DNA of 64,000 nt from Selaginella moellendorffii (lineage: Eukaryota; Plantae; Lycopodiophyta). The notes under the pieces are model-generated. The model saw only the letters and a list, made by a program, of their open reading frames with translations. It did not search any database and was not told the DNA's origin. The stretch is taken from assembly GCF_000143415.4 (NCBI RefSeq), contig NW_003314263.1:1304165-1368164 (forward strand). The letters run 5' to 3'. Of the stretch, positions 11,001 through 22,530 are shown in pieces. The number at the start of each line of letters is the position of its first letter. Within the stretch, counting starts at the first letter, position 1. The translations under genes and the position numbers were made by a program.

Positions 11001-14000
11001 AAAGGATATTGCCTGTACCAGCCTGGTAATCATCAAATTTTTGTAAGCACTGACGTTCGTTTTGATGAAGGAACACTATAAAGATTGCGAAGGAAGCTCG
11101 GATCAAAATGTGAAATGGAGTTGGGATGGTGTTGAAGACGTTGATGAAGATGACGATGATCTAACAATCATCTATCCCTCATCTCCTTCAGCTGACAATC
11201 ATCCAACACCAGTCTCTGGATCTTTTCTTCCTGAAGAACAGGGCGATGCTGCTCATCGTGCACAAACTGGAGAAGTCGACAAGCTCACACATGATCTACC
11301 ATTCAACATGGAGAACTATGGGTGAACATCATCTGGATGATCAAGCAAAGCACCTCATCCCAAGCAGTGGTCTTTTGCAGCAATAGAAATAGCTTCTGAA
11401 CTAGTCAACTTTAAGCAGGGGATTCAAGGTCCTGATGCAGATAAGTGGATTTCAGCAATGCAAGATGATTTGAATTCTCTTGATGAGAACCAGACTTATG
11501 ACTTGGTGGAAGCTCCTGAAGGATGTGAAGTTGTCAGATCGCATTGGGTGTTCAAGCTTCACAGAAATGATCAGTTTAGTGTTACAAGGCAAGACTTGTT
11601 GCTCAAGGATATTCACAAATTCTTGGAGTGGATTTTGATGAGATGTTCTCACCAATTGTGAAGTAGACAAGCATGAAACAGCCTTTCTTAATGGGAACTT
11701 GAAGGAGGAGATATTTATGCAGCAACCCCCAGGCTTTGAGCTTTTTGGATCACAGCGCTCTGAACTCGTCTGCAAGCTTTGCAAGGCTCTTTATGGCCTT
11801 AAGCAGGCTTCCCATCAGTGGTATGAATATTTGAATTCTTTTCTTATGGGTCTCATTATGCAGAGGTTGAACAGCGATGGAAATCTATATCTTCTTCAGC
11901 AGGGTGATCACTTTGTTGTGATGGCAGTTTATGTGGATGACTATTTGATTGTCAACAACAATGACACTGTTTTGAAGGATGTGAAGATCAAACTCATGAA
12001 CAGGTTTGTGATGAAGGATTTAGGAGCTGTGTGGCAGCTGTTAGGATGGAAGTTGACAGGGATGAAGCAGACAGGACAATCATCCTCACACAACGCCAAT
12101 ATGTGAAGAAGCTTCTCAACCAGTTCAACATGACAAGTTGCAAATCTGTGGCTACACCAATCATCACTGGCATCAAGTTCAGAAGTAAGATGGATGATTT
12201 ATTTGATTAGCCCTCGGTCTACCGATTGCTTGTTGGAGGACTACTCTATCTCATCAACATGACTTGCCCCGACATCTGCTTTGCCGTTGGTCTCCTCAGC
12301 CGATACATGCAGTTTCCAAGTTTTTGTCATTGGCAAATGGCAAAAAGAGTTTTGAGGTATTTGAAAGGACAAGCTGCTCATGGATTGGTTTACAAATGCT
12401 CAGGTCAGTCCAAACTTGTTCTTCAAGCTTATTGCGATGTAGATTGGGCTGGCAACTTGAATACACGACATTCAACCTCTGGAATTTGCTGTGTAATTGC
12501 TGGTGCTGCGGTTTCATGGGGAAGTAAGAAGCAAATGATGGTTGCTCTTTCCAGTGTAGAAGCAGAGTACGTAGCTGCCAATACAGCAGTAAGGGAGATC
12601 ATCTGGCTTCTTCGATTACTTGGAGAACTCAATCAACAACAATCAGATGCGACCATTCTACATTGCGACAGCAGAAGTGCAATCGCCATGTCAAAAAATC
12701 CTGTGTTTCATGCTCGTACAAAACATATAGATGTGCAGCATCACTTCATTCAAGAACGTGTAGCAGCCGGAGATCTTCATCTGGAATACATTCCTTCACA
12801 GTATCAGTTGGCAGACCTTCTAACCAAGCCACTTTCAGAGTTCACATTCATCAAGCTGAGGAATCAACTTGGAGTGTCAAGCGCCCTCAACTTGAAGGGG
12901 GAGTGTAAGAATAATGATGAACACAACAAGCAAGACAATTTATATCAGAAACAGTCCGAATAGCGATCAGATCTCTGGTGATTTCCGATTTGATTGAAGT
13001 TGTATATATATACAGCCATACATGAATCAAGGTGCGTGTTAAAGTGAAATCCATTGTTCTTGCTCCGCTTTTCTTTCACCAGCAGCCATCAAACTTCCGC
13101 AGGCCGTGAGTGCAGCTACAAATGTCGCAGAGTTCATTGTCACCCCGTTCAGATCCATCTCACACACCACCTCCAGAGCTCGTTTGTTCTTCCCATTGTC
13201 GACATATCCCTGTATCAAGCACGTCCATGAAACAACGTTCCGCTTCACCATCTTGTCAAAAACTTCTTGAGCTTCCGCCATACTGCCACACTTGGCGAGG
13301 AGATTCACCACTACAGTCTCCACGTAAACGTCCCAGCATCTGTTCCTCACTGCTTGAAGATGAATCCTCTTGCCTTTCTCTAACCAGTGATTCAAGCATT
13401 TCTGCTCGGCTGCCAAAGCAGTGCAGGCTGTGATTGCAGTGACGAAAGTTCTAGCAGCCGGAGGAGCTTCAGCTTCTTCGGCCATGCCTTCGAACAGTTT
13501 CAGTGCGACTTCGCTCTTCCCGTTATCAACGTATCCTTGCATCAGAGCAGTCCAGAAAACCACGCTGCAGCTGCTCATCTTGTCGAGTGACAAGCAGCTG
13601 CTGCGACAACATTTTCGTCCAGAACACGCTGGTGGATATGTATGCCAAGCTTGGCAAAATGCAGCAGGCCCGTGACGTCTCACCCGGGAATGAATCGACT
13701 TTCCTCTTTTCAGCCAGTTGCAGCTTCCCACAGCCCTCGCTGCTAACGAAGTGCAAGCAGTCAGTGGAGCAACGAAAGTTCTAGCGTTGGGGATTGTCGA
13801 ACTCATACCGTCAAAAAGCCTCAGAGCGAGCGCACTCTCGCCGTTGTCAACGTAACCTTGCAGAAGAATCGTCCATGAAACCGCATTACCATGCAGCCGC
13901 ACCTCGCATAAAGATCAATCAGCGCATTCTGCACGAAGGAGTTGTCGGAGCAGTTCTTTTCCAGTGCTTGCCGATAGATTTCTTCTCCCTTTTCTAACCA

Positions 14001-14442
14001 TCTCCTGGAGTTTCCTCTCTGTTCAACAGCCAAAGCAGCACAGCCCGTCAGTGCTGCAACTAGAGTTCTCGCATCCGAGCCAGCTTCATCGCACCGCAAT
14101 GTCCGTAGAGATCGATCAAAGTGTTTCCAACGAAAGAATCAAAACAAGCCTGTGCATGAATGATTTTTCCCTTGTCAAACCATCTGCTGCAGTCACCACC
14201 TCAAGCTTCTGCTGCTAAAGAAGTGCAAGCTGAGAGCACAGCAACATAAGTCCTAGCATCCCGAGCAGCAGAATTTCCCATACGATCGAAAATCTCCAGA
14301 GCCAACTTGCTCTTTCCATTGTTGACATATCCCAGAATGATGCAGTTCCAACAAACTGTATTAGGAGAGGAAATCCTGTCGAAAATCTTCCAAGCCTCAA
14401 CAACGCTTCCATGCTATTGCACTTTTCTAGAAAGGTGACCAT
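8058..14442 (-). pseudogene. PLS-class pentatricopeptide-repeat (PPR-E) pseudogene interrupted by a Copia element
   Basis: Repeated motifs VSWTILLQGYVDNG..ALRLFD.M, KCGSMAEAQEVFDKMVKRNVVSW and WNALLSGYSQMG. E-motif relic WTAILGAC..WKNVEVGKIA*ERLVELDEKDPTAYVL. Several frameshifts. The frame rejoins across the insertion as ...CGSLMAAG|TGKFFHREIQSCGLEEDVPVATCLVDFYG. Confidence 0.9.
8640..13078 (+). mobile_element. Degenerate Ty1/Copia LTR retrotransposon with 5-bp TSD CCAGC
   Basis: TSD ccagc at 8635-8639 and 13079-13083; TG..CA termini. PBS tggtattagag (tRNA-Met-like) at 8682; PPT gaagggggag before 12904. Order is gag, integrase (VHSDIYGPM, TDSGGEY, TPQQNGVSERKN), RT (YVDD), RNase H (YCDVDWAG), with stops and frameshifts. 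Confidence 0.95.
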
Positions 14443-14455
14443 TGCGTCTTTCTTT

Positions 14456-17400
14456 TGTAGTATTATGCTTGGTGGTAAGTTGCACCTTACACTTTGTTAA
14501 ACTCTATGAGAATAATAAGCTCTCACTAATCTTGATTTGGTCTTGGTGGCTCTGTGCCTTAGTTAAGGATGGTGATGTTCAACTTAATTATTTGAGGTTG
14601 AGATGTTGGTATCCATACTATAATTTTGTCTATGAGGAGGTTGTGTACTGATATGAGTGTGAGACACAAAATCCCTAGGCCCCAAAGTGGAGCCGGAAAG
14701 GGTGCCACGTGGTAGTGGCTGAAGCGAGAGCCAAACAAGTGTAACACGTTTGGACCAAAAGCTCCGACTTGAAAAGTCAAGAGCGGGAGTGGAACTCCCA
14801 AAGAAGTGCTCAAGGAACGAGCACAAAGCGAGAAAAAAGCGAGGTTCCAAAAAGGGACCCGAGTTGGAGTCCGAAGTGGAGTCCGAGATGGACCCGAGTT
14901 GGAGTCCGAAGTGGAGTCCGAGATGGACCCGAGTTGGAGTCCAAAGTGGAGTCCGAGATGGACCCGAGTTGGAGTCCGAAGTGGAGTCCGAGATGGACTC
15001 GAGTTGGAGTCCGAAGTGGAGTCCGAGATGGACCCGAGATGGAGTCTGAGGTGGACCCGAGATGGACCCGAGATGGAGTCCGAGATGGACCCGAGATGGA
15101 GTCTGAGATGGAGTCCGAGATGGAGTCCGAGATGGAGTCCGAGATGGAGTCCGAAGTCGAGACCGAGACCGGGACCGAGACCGAGACCGAGACCGAGATC
15201 GGGACCGAGAACGAGACCGAGGCCGAGGCCGAGACCGAGCCCGAGCCCGAGTCCGAGTCCGAGTCTGAGTCCGAGTTCGAGTCTGAGAGGGTGAAAGCCC
15301 AAAGCGTTCATCTCCCAGACCCTGAGGGGTTTGGTGAGCCCCAAAAGTATAGTAGGGGGAGGACTGCAGTGGAGCCAGTTTGGCCAGGAAAGGTCAGTTT
15401 GGCCCAAGAAGGCCAGACCCAGTGTTGGGTGATGAATTGACCACTGGGAAGTCCAAGACTAGAGTGAATACGGACCAACAAGCGGGGTAGCTTGGTGAAG
15501 TGTTCAAGAGCCGGCTCTAGTTCCCCCGGGAGATCGACTGGCCGATGCTCCCAATCCAAGTGTGGGTGGCACTACCTACTTGGATACCAGGCGTGGCTCA
15601 ACGGAACCTCGCTCTAAGCCCATGGCTAGAGCACCTAAAGGCGATAGGTGGGGAGAGTACCCAGGTGGCTCGCGTAAGGCCACGGTGTTCCGAAATGTCG
15701 TCCCAAAGGCCCAGACTGTGGAAAGGAAGAGGAGCAGTCCTCTGGGGTAGTGACCAAGGACACAGTCGTGTGGTGAGGAAGTCCCAGAGGACCGTGGGAC
15801 TTAGTGGTCGGGCCTGTGGGCCTCGATCCAGTGGCAGTGTTGGCAAACACGGCCAGGGGCAGAAAGGGACTTGATAGGAACTGACAAAGGGACTTTGGGG
15901 AAGGCGATTCCCCAGGTCTGTGGGCATCCTAAGGATGCTAAGGAGTGGATCTAGGATGACCCCTCGTAGACAGATGGCCCAGTCTTGGAGAGACGGGATG
16001 GTGATGCAAGTGGTATTGGACCATTTGCGCAGCAAAGGTGAATGGGCATGGCCTTAGCGTAATGGGCCGAGATGTCAGTGGTACCTTTGGGTGTCGGTCA
16101 TGGGATCGGACACGTGGAGCACTTGGACCAAGTGCAAAGGTTGAGTGGCATGGATGCCATTCTCGGGGCTAGCAAGCCCCAAGTCCTGAATGGGACTTAT
16201 GGAGGTTGTGAATGAGACTCCTCCAAGTGGTCGGAGGTGTGGATAAGTGACTAAAGTAGAATGGAAAAATTAGTTGCTTACAATGAGTTCATCTCATGGT
16301 CTTCATTTTGGTTTCCACTAAGTGTTGATCATGCATAGCTAACCTCTTCAAGACATGCTTAGAGCTAGTGGCTAAATGCATTAATAAACTTATTGCGGTT
16401 GAGTTGGATTCAAGTGGTCATTTAGTTTATACTTGTCCATGAACCTTTATCTCATACTTAAGGTATTACGTTCATGTTGGATGAGTATATGACTTGATGA
16501 TATGAGTTTAGTGTTGGGTCTTGTGATGGCAAGTTGAAGAGTGATTGTTAGTTGCTTAGCAACTAATGATTGCTTATAGACTTTGTCAAGGACTATTTGA
16601 CACTTACTTCTCTCGATGATGATTTAACAATGATGGGCTTGTTTTATTGGATGGTGTTGCAGAGGATCGTGTTGTTAAACTTACATGGGTTTTCTATGTT
16701 TGCATGTCAACTCTACCTCTGTCGATATTATTTAGTTACGTTTAGTCCGTAATGTTGGATTTCATAAAGTCTTGGATGTGGTGGATCACTCCTTGATGAT
16801 GTGTTATCTGTAACTGAGTATTGTTGGAGGATTGATCTTAGATATTGACTAAGGTATCTTTGACTTCAGTTAGCTTAGTTGCTAAAGAGTTTTGAGTGGT
16901 GATTCACTCTTGCTTTCTTCTAGCTTTATTCCAATGTTGATGGCATTGAAGTGACATCTTGTCATTGACAATATTGATATGAGATTCAAGTGAAATGAGA
17001 TGTCTCTCCTTATGATTGATATTAAATTTTATTAGTCTTGATGAAGATAGTGTTGATGATTTGGTTGTAGCTTTATGTTATTAACATTTGTACAATTGCT
17101 TGTTAGCAACTGTATTGATGTTCAAACAAGCTGAGTGGCAAGTTTGAGTTAGCTGTGTTCTAGACAAGATTATTTAGTAAGGGTTGAGCTTTGGCTTTCT
17201 TTGAAAAGTGATTTAGTCGTGGACTATGCTAGCCTTACGAGTGAAAGAGTTAGTGATTGATATTGAAGTGATTAAATCCTTGTTGGATTTGAGTTGGGAT
17301 ATATCAATCATTGATGACTCTTCTTATACTTGTTATAAAGTGAGTTATGTCTTGCTATAAATGGATTCATGAAGGATCATTTAGTGATCATTTATTAAGT

Positions 17401-19362
17401 ATAGCTCCATTGTGATTAGCTTTTGGATTGATACAAACATGCTCTTCATTAGCTTTAGCATTATAAAGTTTAGTTTATGGATGTGTTGAGGAAAATATTA
17501 TGGGTTGTACTATGATTTCTTCTTTTGCATTGAAGTTAGTTCATACAAAACTTATAATCATTGTTAGGTAAGACTTGGCTATAAGCTTCTTGAAGCTCTT
17601 GGTTTTTTTTAAGTTTTTATACTCATTGTTCCATTTGTTAGAAATTGTTGGGGGAAGGCATTTTAGCTCATTAGTTTCGATGAAGTTTGTATTTGCATCT
17701 AACAATCATTGATGATGATTGACTGTCATCTAGGATAATTGATTATCCTTGTTAAAAGGTTTTGCTTGATTGTTGTTAATATATAATGATTCGCTATTCT
17801 TCAGGATGGTAGATTCCTTCTTTGACGATAATTATACATATCTCTTTTTGATGGGATAATTGATGATTTTTCATGATAGTTAGTGGTTCTTTTTAATGGC
17901 TTTTGGCTTTTTGCGTTATCACATATTTTTTGTAGTTTGCTTTGGATTGGTCTTTTGGGTTTGAGACATTAGTAGGATGTTGTTAACACTTGTTTAAAGA
18001 ACTTGAGTTCCTTCGTATTGTTGACTGGGATCTATTTAGATTGGTGTGTGATAGTTGGCATGAATAAGTGTTTGTTAGTCTTACCGCATTCATTCTGTTC
18101 TATTGATTATTGTTCAAGTTAGTTCTAATAGATTGGGATGTTATTTCCTTTGGGTGATACATTCGCAAGCATTTTGCTTGTCAGTCGATAATACTTTGTG
18201 TTCTTTGAGTTATCTTTTATAAGTTTTTTGGCATTCTATCTTCAATCTTTGATAGTTAAGTTTTGTCATTAAGTATCTTTAATGATACAATAGCTATTGA
18301 ATTTTGTTAGATGGTGAATCCTATGTTTCCAAAAATGATGATTTTGGTGGCTCCTATATTATAATTTTAGTTTATCGGATGATAACTTAGAATACTTTTA
18401 TGTTCTAATCTAAGATTTATTCACTGGTAATTAAGACTCTAAGCTATCATTGTCTTTGACTTTGATATTGTCCATCTCACAATCTTTGAGTTTGGGCCAG
18501 TATACGCAAACTGGCTTTGGCACTTCGTGTGCATGGTGAAATCTCTAGTTATGGGGTAGCTACTGTCAACTGGTCACATCACCGCCTCTCTATACATTTA
18601 AAGGGCGTGACCATGTAAACAACTCTAACTACTTATTTACAGTAGTCTATCTAAACCTTATTTATAGGTTTGGTATTTTTGCTCATGAGGGTTAGAGCCT
18701 CTGGCTTCTCTCTCTATGTCCCTATAGGTAGGGCATATCACACTTTTGTAAGCTAGATGACACTTAGAGTAGCAAGGGTGGCTAACTTCGTTGGTCATTT
18801 CCTTGCCGGCGACGGCTAGAAGGTGTTTAAGTTAGTAGTGCATCCGCATTAGGCAAAGAGGCTATCTTAACTCATTTAAGTTGGTGCATTTTTCATATAA
18901 TGTGGTCACCGTGAACTTTTTCTAGGGCTATTTTTTTGCCGGTGGTCTAGACTCGAGTATGTATCGACAAGGACGTCAATCTTCCCTAGGGGGGGAGAGT
19001 ATGGCAGATGTGACTTCGGGTATCGAAAGTTATCTATTGGTTAGTCCTTTCGGATATTCTTTTCTTACTGCCGCGATGGTAGGAGGTCGGTATTGCTGGA
19101 CCCTTTATTAATCTCTGCCTAAGCTAGTTGAAAAAATGGTCATCACATGTGCACTTAGACCAGAAAGGCACTAAGGAAAGAAATCCTAAGTTGTCATTTG
19201 TCAAGCAAACTTGACACGTTGATGAGAAATTGTCGCGAATGTGACTTTAGGTATCGAAAGTTATATGTCGGCCAATCCTTTTGGATATTCTTTCCTTACT
19301 ACCACGACAATAGGAGGTCGGTATTGCTGGACCTGTTATTAGTTTCCGCCTAAGCCAGTTGA
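14456..19362. mobile_element. Degenerate LTR-retroelement-like region (GC-rich LTR-like block, AT-rich decayed interior, PPT-like tract)
   Basis: Abrupt end of PPR homology, no intact genes, purine tract agggggggagag at ~18988-18999, ~123-bp direct repeat at 19008-19131 and 19239-19362. Boundaries are approximate. Confidence 0.45.
14856..15287. repeat. Compound minisatellite: five 35-bp units, then 12-bp units, then 6-bp units
   Basis: gacccgagttggagtccgaagtggagtccgagatg starts at 14856, 14891, 14926, 14961 and 14996; then (gagatggagtcc)n; then gagacc/gaggcc/gagccc/gagtcc. Confidence 0.95.
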
Positions 19363-19364
19363 CA

Positions 19365-20705
19365 TGTAGCGCACCCTATCTCTCTCCCCTTAAGCCAACT
19401 GGAAAAAGGGGCAATTGCTTGATGAGAGAGCCCTTAATGGCTATTTTATCCCCATTCCCCCAAGGTTCTAAGGATCCATAGTGACCGTATATCCAAATCT
19501 TATCCCATGATCACGTGCACTACACTCACCCCCCTTTAGAGATGTCAATGTCCTTATTGACTATTGATTAATAACCTCTACTGAGTTAAGGGGAACTAGC
19601 ACTTGCTATTCCATGTGAGGCAACTATTCATCCACCCGTACTGTAGTCCCACGCACTAAATCTACCAATCTTTCTATTATGTAAACCAATTATTCCATGT
19701 GAGGCAACTAGTCATCCACCTGTATGCACTAAATCTACCAATCTTTCCATTGTGTAAACCAGCTATTCCATGTGAGGCAACTAGTCATCCACCTGTATGC
19801 ACTAAATCTACCAATCTTTCCATTGTGTAAACCAGCTATTCCATGTGAGGCAACTAGTCATCCACCCGTACCGTAGTCCCACGGTGGATACCTTCGTCCA
19901 TGGATACTCCTCTTGTGTCCATGGCGTACGCACTGAATTTACCAATCCTTCCATTGTGTAAACCAGCTATTCCATGTGAGGCAACTAGTCATCCACCCGT
20001 ACCGTAGTCCCACGGTGGATACCTTCGTCCATGGATACTCCTCTTGTGTCCATGGCGTACGCACTGAATTTACCAATCCTTCCATTGTGTAAACCAGTTA
20101 TTCCATGTAAGGCAACTAGTCATCCACCCGTACCGTAGTCCCACGGTGGATACCTTCGTCCGTGGATACTCCTTTTGTGTCCATGTGAGGCAACTCGTAC
20201 GCACTAAATTTACCAATCCTTCCATTGTGTAAACTAGCTATTCCATATGAGGCAACTAGTCATCCACCCGTACCGTAATCCCACGAAGGTATCCAATCCT
20301 TCTATTGTGTAAACCAGCTATTCCATGTGAGGCAACTAGTCATCCACCGTACCATAGTCCCACAGTGGATACCTTCGTCCGTGGATACTCCACACAAGAG
20401 GAAGGATGTACGTATGGATGCCCAATTCGTACGATTTCAAATTTTTAGGGGTAGGAATATACCTTGCTCAAGGGTATATTATATTTTTTTTAAGTAGCCA
20501 CTAATCAATGGGAATTGAACCCATGCTATTTGCTCATACCACATGTAGTGCACCCTATCTCTCTCCCCTTAAGCCAACTGGAAAAGGGGCAATTGCTTGA
20601 TAAGAAAGCCCTTAGTGGCTATTTTATCCCCATTTATCCCCTAAGGTTCTAAAGATCCACGGTGACAATATATCCAAATCTCATTCCATGATCACATGCA
20701 CTACA
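19365..20705 (-). mobile_element. TRIM-like non-autonomous LTR element with an internal tandem array
   Basis: Two ~160-bp direct repeats (19365-19524, 20544-20705) with termini tgtag(c/t)gca..tgcactaca. On the minus strand, PBS-like tggtatgagc follows one LTR and PPT-like ggggggtgag precedes the other. No ORF; no clean TSD. Confidence 0.85.
19606..20392. repeat. Eight-unit tandem array (73-140 bp units) with core ctattccatgtgaggcaactagtcatccacc
   Basis: Core at ~19606, 19690, 19763, 19836, 19967, 20098, 20238 and 20318. Confidence 0.9.
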
Positions 20706-21050
20706 GAAACTCATAATATTGACTTGCACTTGCTAATGTTGGGAACCCCTACAATATTGAGCTTGGTCCCTCAATATTGCTAGATGATAGCATACTATGT
20801 TTGTCAAACACCCTCGCTATCATGCCCTTTGTGTTAGTCTCATTTCGTCCCAAATGTTATTTATGGAAAGTGTTTAGATTTGCTCATTTGGCATATCTAT
20901 GGAATGTAGAGATTATCTTAAACATAATGGTGTTCATTTTATATCGAAATCTAAGGACATTCTATATTTAGTAAGTTTTGAGTTTGTCCTAAAGACTAAC
21001 TCTTGGTACTAAGGTAGATTTGGGGTGAAAGCCCAAAACATGTGTTCCTT

Positions 21051-21780
21051 AGGGGGGGGGGGGGGGGTTATAGGGGGTTTTAAATGTATAATAGGAATAG
21101 TGGGTAGGTCGGGCATGGTCGACCAACCTGAAGCATAGTTTAGCTTCCATTTGCATGCCTATCTTTGTTTTGCGTCTGGCTTGGGTCTAAGCCCAAGTTC
21201 CACACCATGTTAGTTGGTGGAGTATCCATGTTCTTGCGTTAGGCCACTAGTATGCCGAAATAGTGCCAAATTGTAAACGCTTGAGTTTGGACTTCCCGGG
21301 AAGTCACCCAACTTAGTACTATTCAAACCCAATGACACTTAATCCCAAGTATCCCAAGACCTTTAACTGTTTGGAAAAGGGGGTGCACTTTTGTTCAAGG
21401 GCCCTTTCCCTCTATATTTGAACCCCATAGATCGTCTCTCAAGTCGTTCCCTTTGGTTGCTTATACAAACTCTGTTTAGCTCCGTTTTGCGTGTTAGTCC
21501 TGGCATTGGGGTGTTGGTTGCTCTAAGGCTGTTCCAAGTCACTCCATGCTCCTATCCCTTCACTCCTTAGGTTGTATGTTTGAAAGTTGCTCTATAGTCC
21601 AGTTTTGCCGCTCCTTGGCTCTATGCTTAGGAGTTTAGCTCCGTACCTTCATTCAATGGCCCAAAGCTCTAAAACTCAAGTTCCACACCATTGTCCTTGG
21701 ATACGTGGCACGTGGTATGTGTTATATGGCATTAGGTTCCGTTTTAAGGTGTTGTCCTATGGTAAATCACCATAGGATAA
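21051..21780 (+). mobile_element. LTR-like sequence after a poly-G PPT, carrying an antisense 5S-rRNA-like segment
   Basis: Poly-G at 21052-21067, then aaatgtataata..gcatggtcgacc..ttttgcgtctg; a related sequence follows the poly-G at ~33000-33135. Right boundary uncertain. Confidence 0.5.
21289..21342 (-). other. 5S rRNA-derived fragment (box A to box C internal promoter region), not a full gene
   Basis: Minus strand reads ttaagtgtcattgggtttgaatagtactaagttgggtgacttcccgggaagtcc. It aligns ungapped with plant 5S as recalled (ttaagcgtgcttgggcgagagtagtactaggatgggtgacctcctgggaagtcc), 43/54 identical by eye. Confidence 0.75.
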
Positions 21781-22530
21781 ATGGTCAAAACCATATGTGC
21801 TACAATTCCGAGCTTGATCTGCTCCAATATATTTGGCTTCACACGAAGTAAGAGGCTTTGAAAACGAATGCCAAATTGCATTATTGGCTCAAATGGCCCT
21901 TGACGAAAATGATGCAATTGTTAGAAGGCATCATCACTATCGTCAGCATGTCTAAATGTGCATTTAAAGACATCCGAAAGAACACTTCAATTCTCGCGAG
22001 TGGCTACACTCAAACTATTGTACCACTTGAGCACCATCCCTTGGAGACACGTGAAAACTCACGTAAACATCAAGCATCATCCCAAAAATGATATATGGCA
22101 ATCATTGTGAAGTGATCAAACTAATGATACATATCATCCCTAAGATTCCCACAAAAGAACTTCGGCTAAACTCAAAGATTAGTATTAAGAGCAAGAGAAG
22201 CTATACCATGTACTGTGAATGCTGCCATCAACTAAGTTTGGTTGTTCAATTGCAATCACATAACATCAAGCAATTGCACCAACTATTGTTTCAGAGTCAA
22301 ACAAATCAATTGAATCTTACAATGTTTATAAATTATAAACATGTTTACAAATTATTTAATTATTTTTACATTATACTCTCCCTTAAATATATTTTAAATT
22401 ATTTTCTGCCTAGATATATCATCATAAATTAACTTTTCCCTAGCTAAATATAGATACGTTTTAAGATCTAAAATTGCTTCTAGCTTGAAGTTAGCAAAAG
22501 AACTCTTTCAGAATCCATGGCTCACTTAAT

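Noticed and set aside
13039-13078. C-terminus ERKAEQEQWISL of the 287-aa PPR ORF
   Set aside because: It is read-through into the Copia LTR; the true PPR frame continues at 8634.
14559-15440. Long low-complexity ORFs (LGLG, ESEM, WSPR) as real proteins
   Set aside because: They are by-products of a stop-free minisatellite that is open in several frames on both strands.
19606-20392. CRISPR-like array (constant ~30-bp core with variable intervals)
   Set aside because: The intervals are related to each other and modular, there are no cas genes, the context is eukaryotic, and the array sits between LTRs. It is a tandem repeat.
21289-21342. Functional 5S rRNA gene
   Set aside because: Only ~54 of ~120 nt are similar; the 5' part and the array context are missing.
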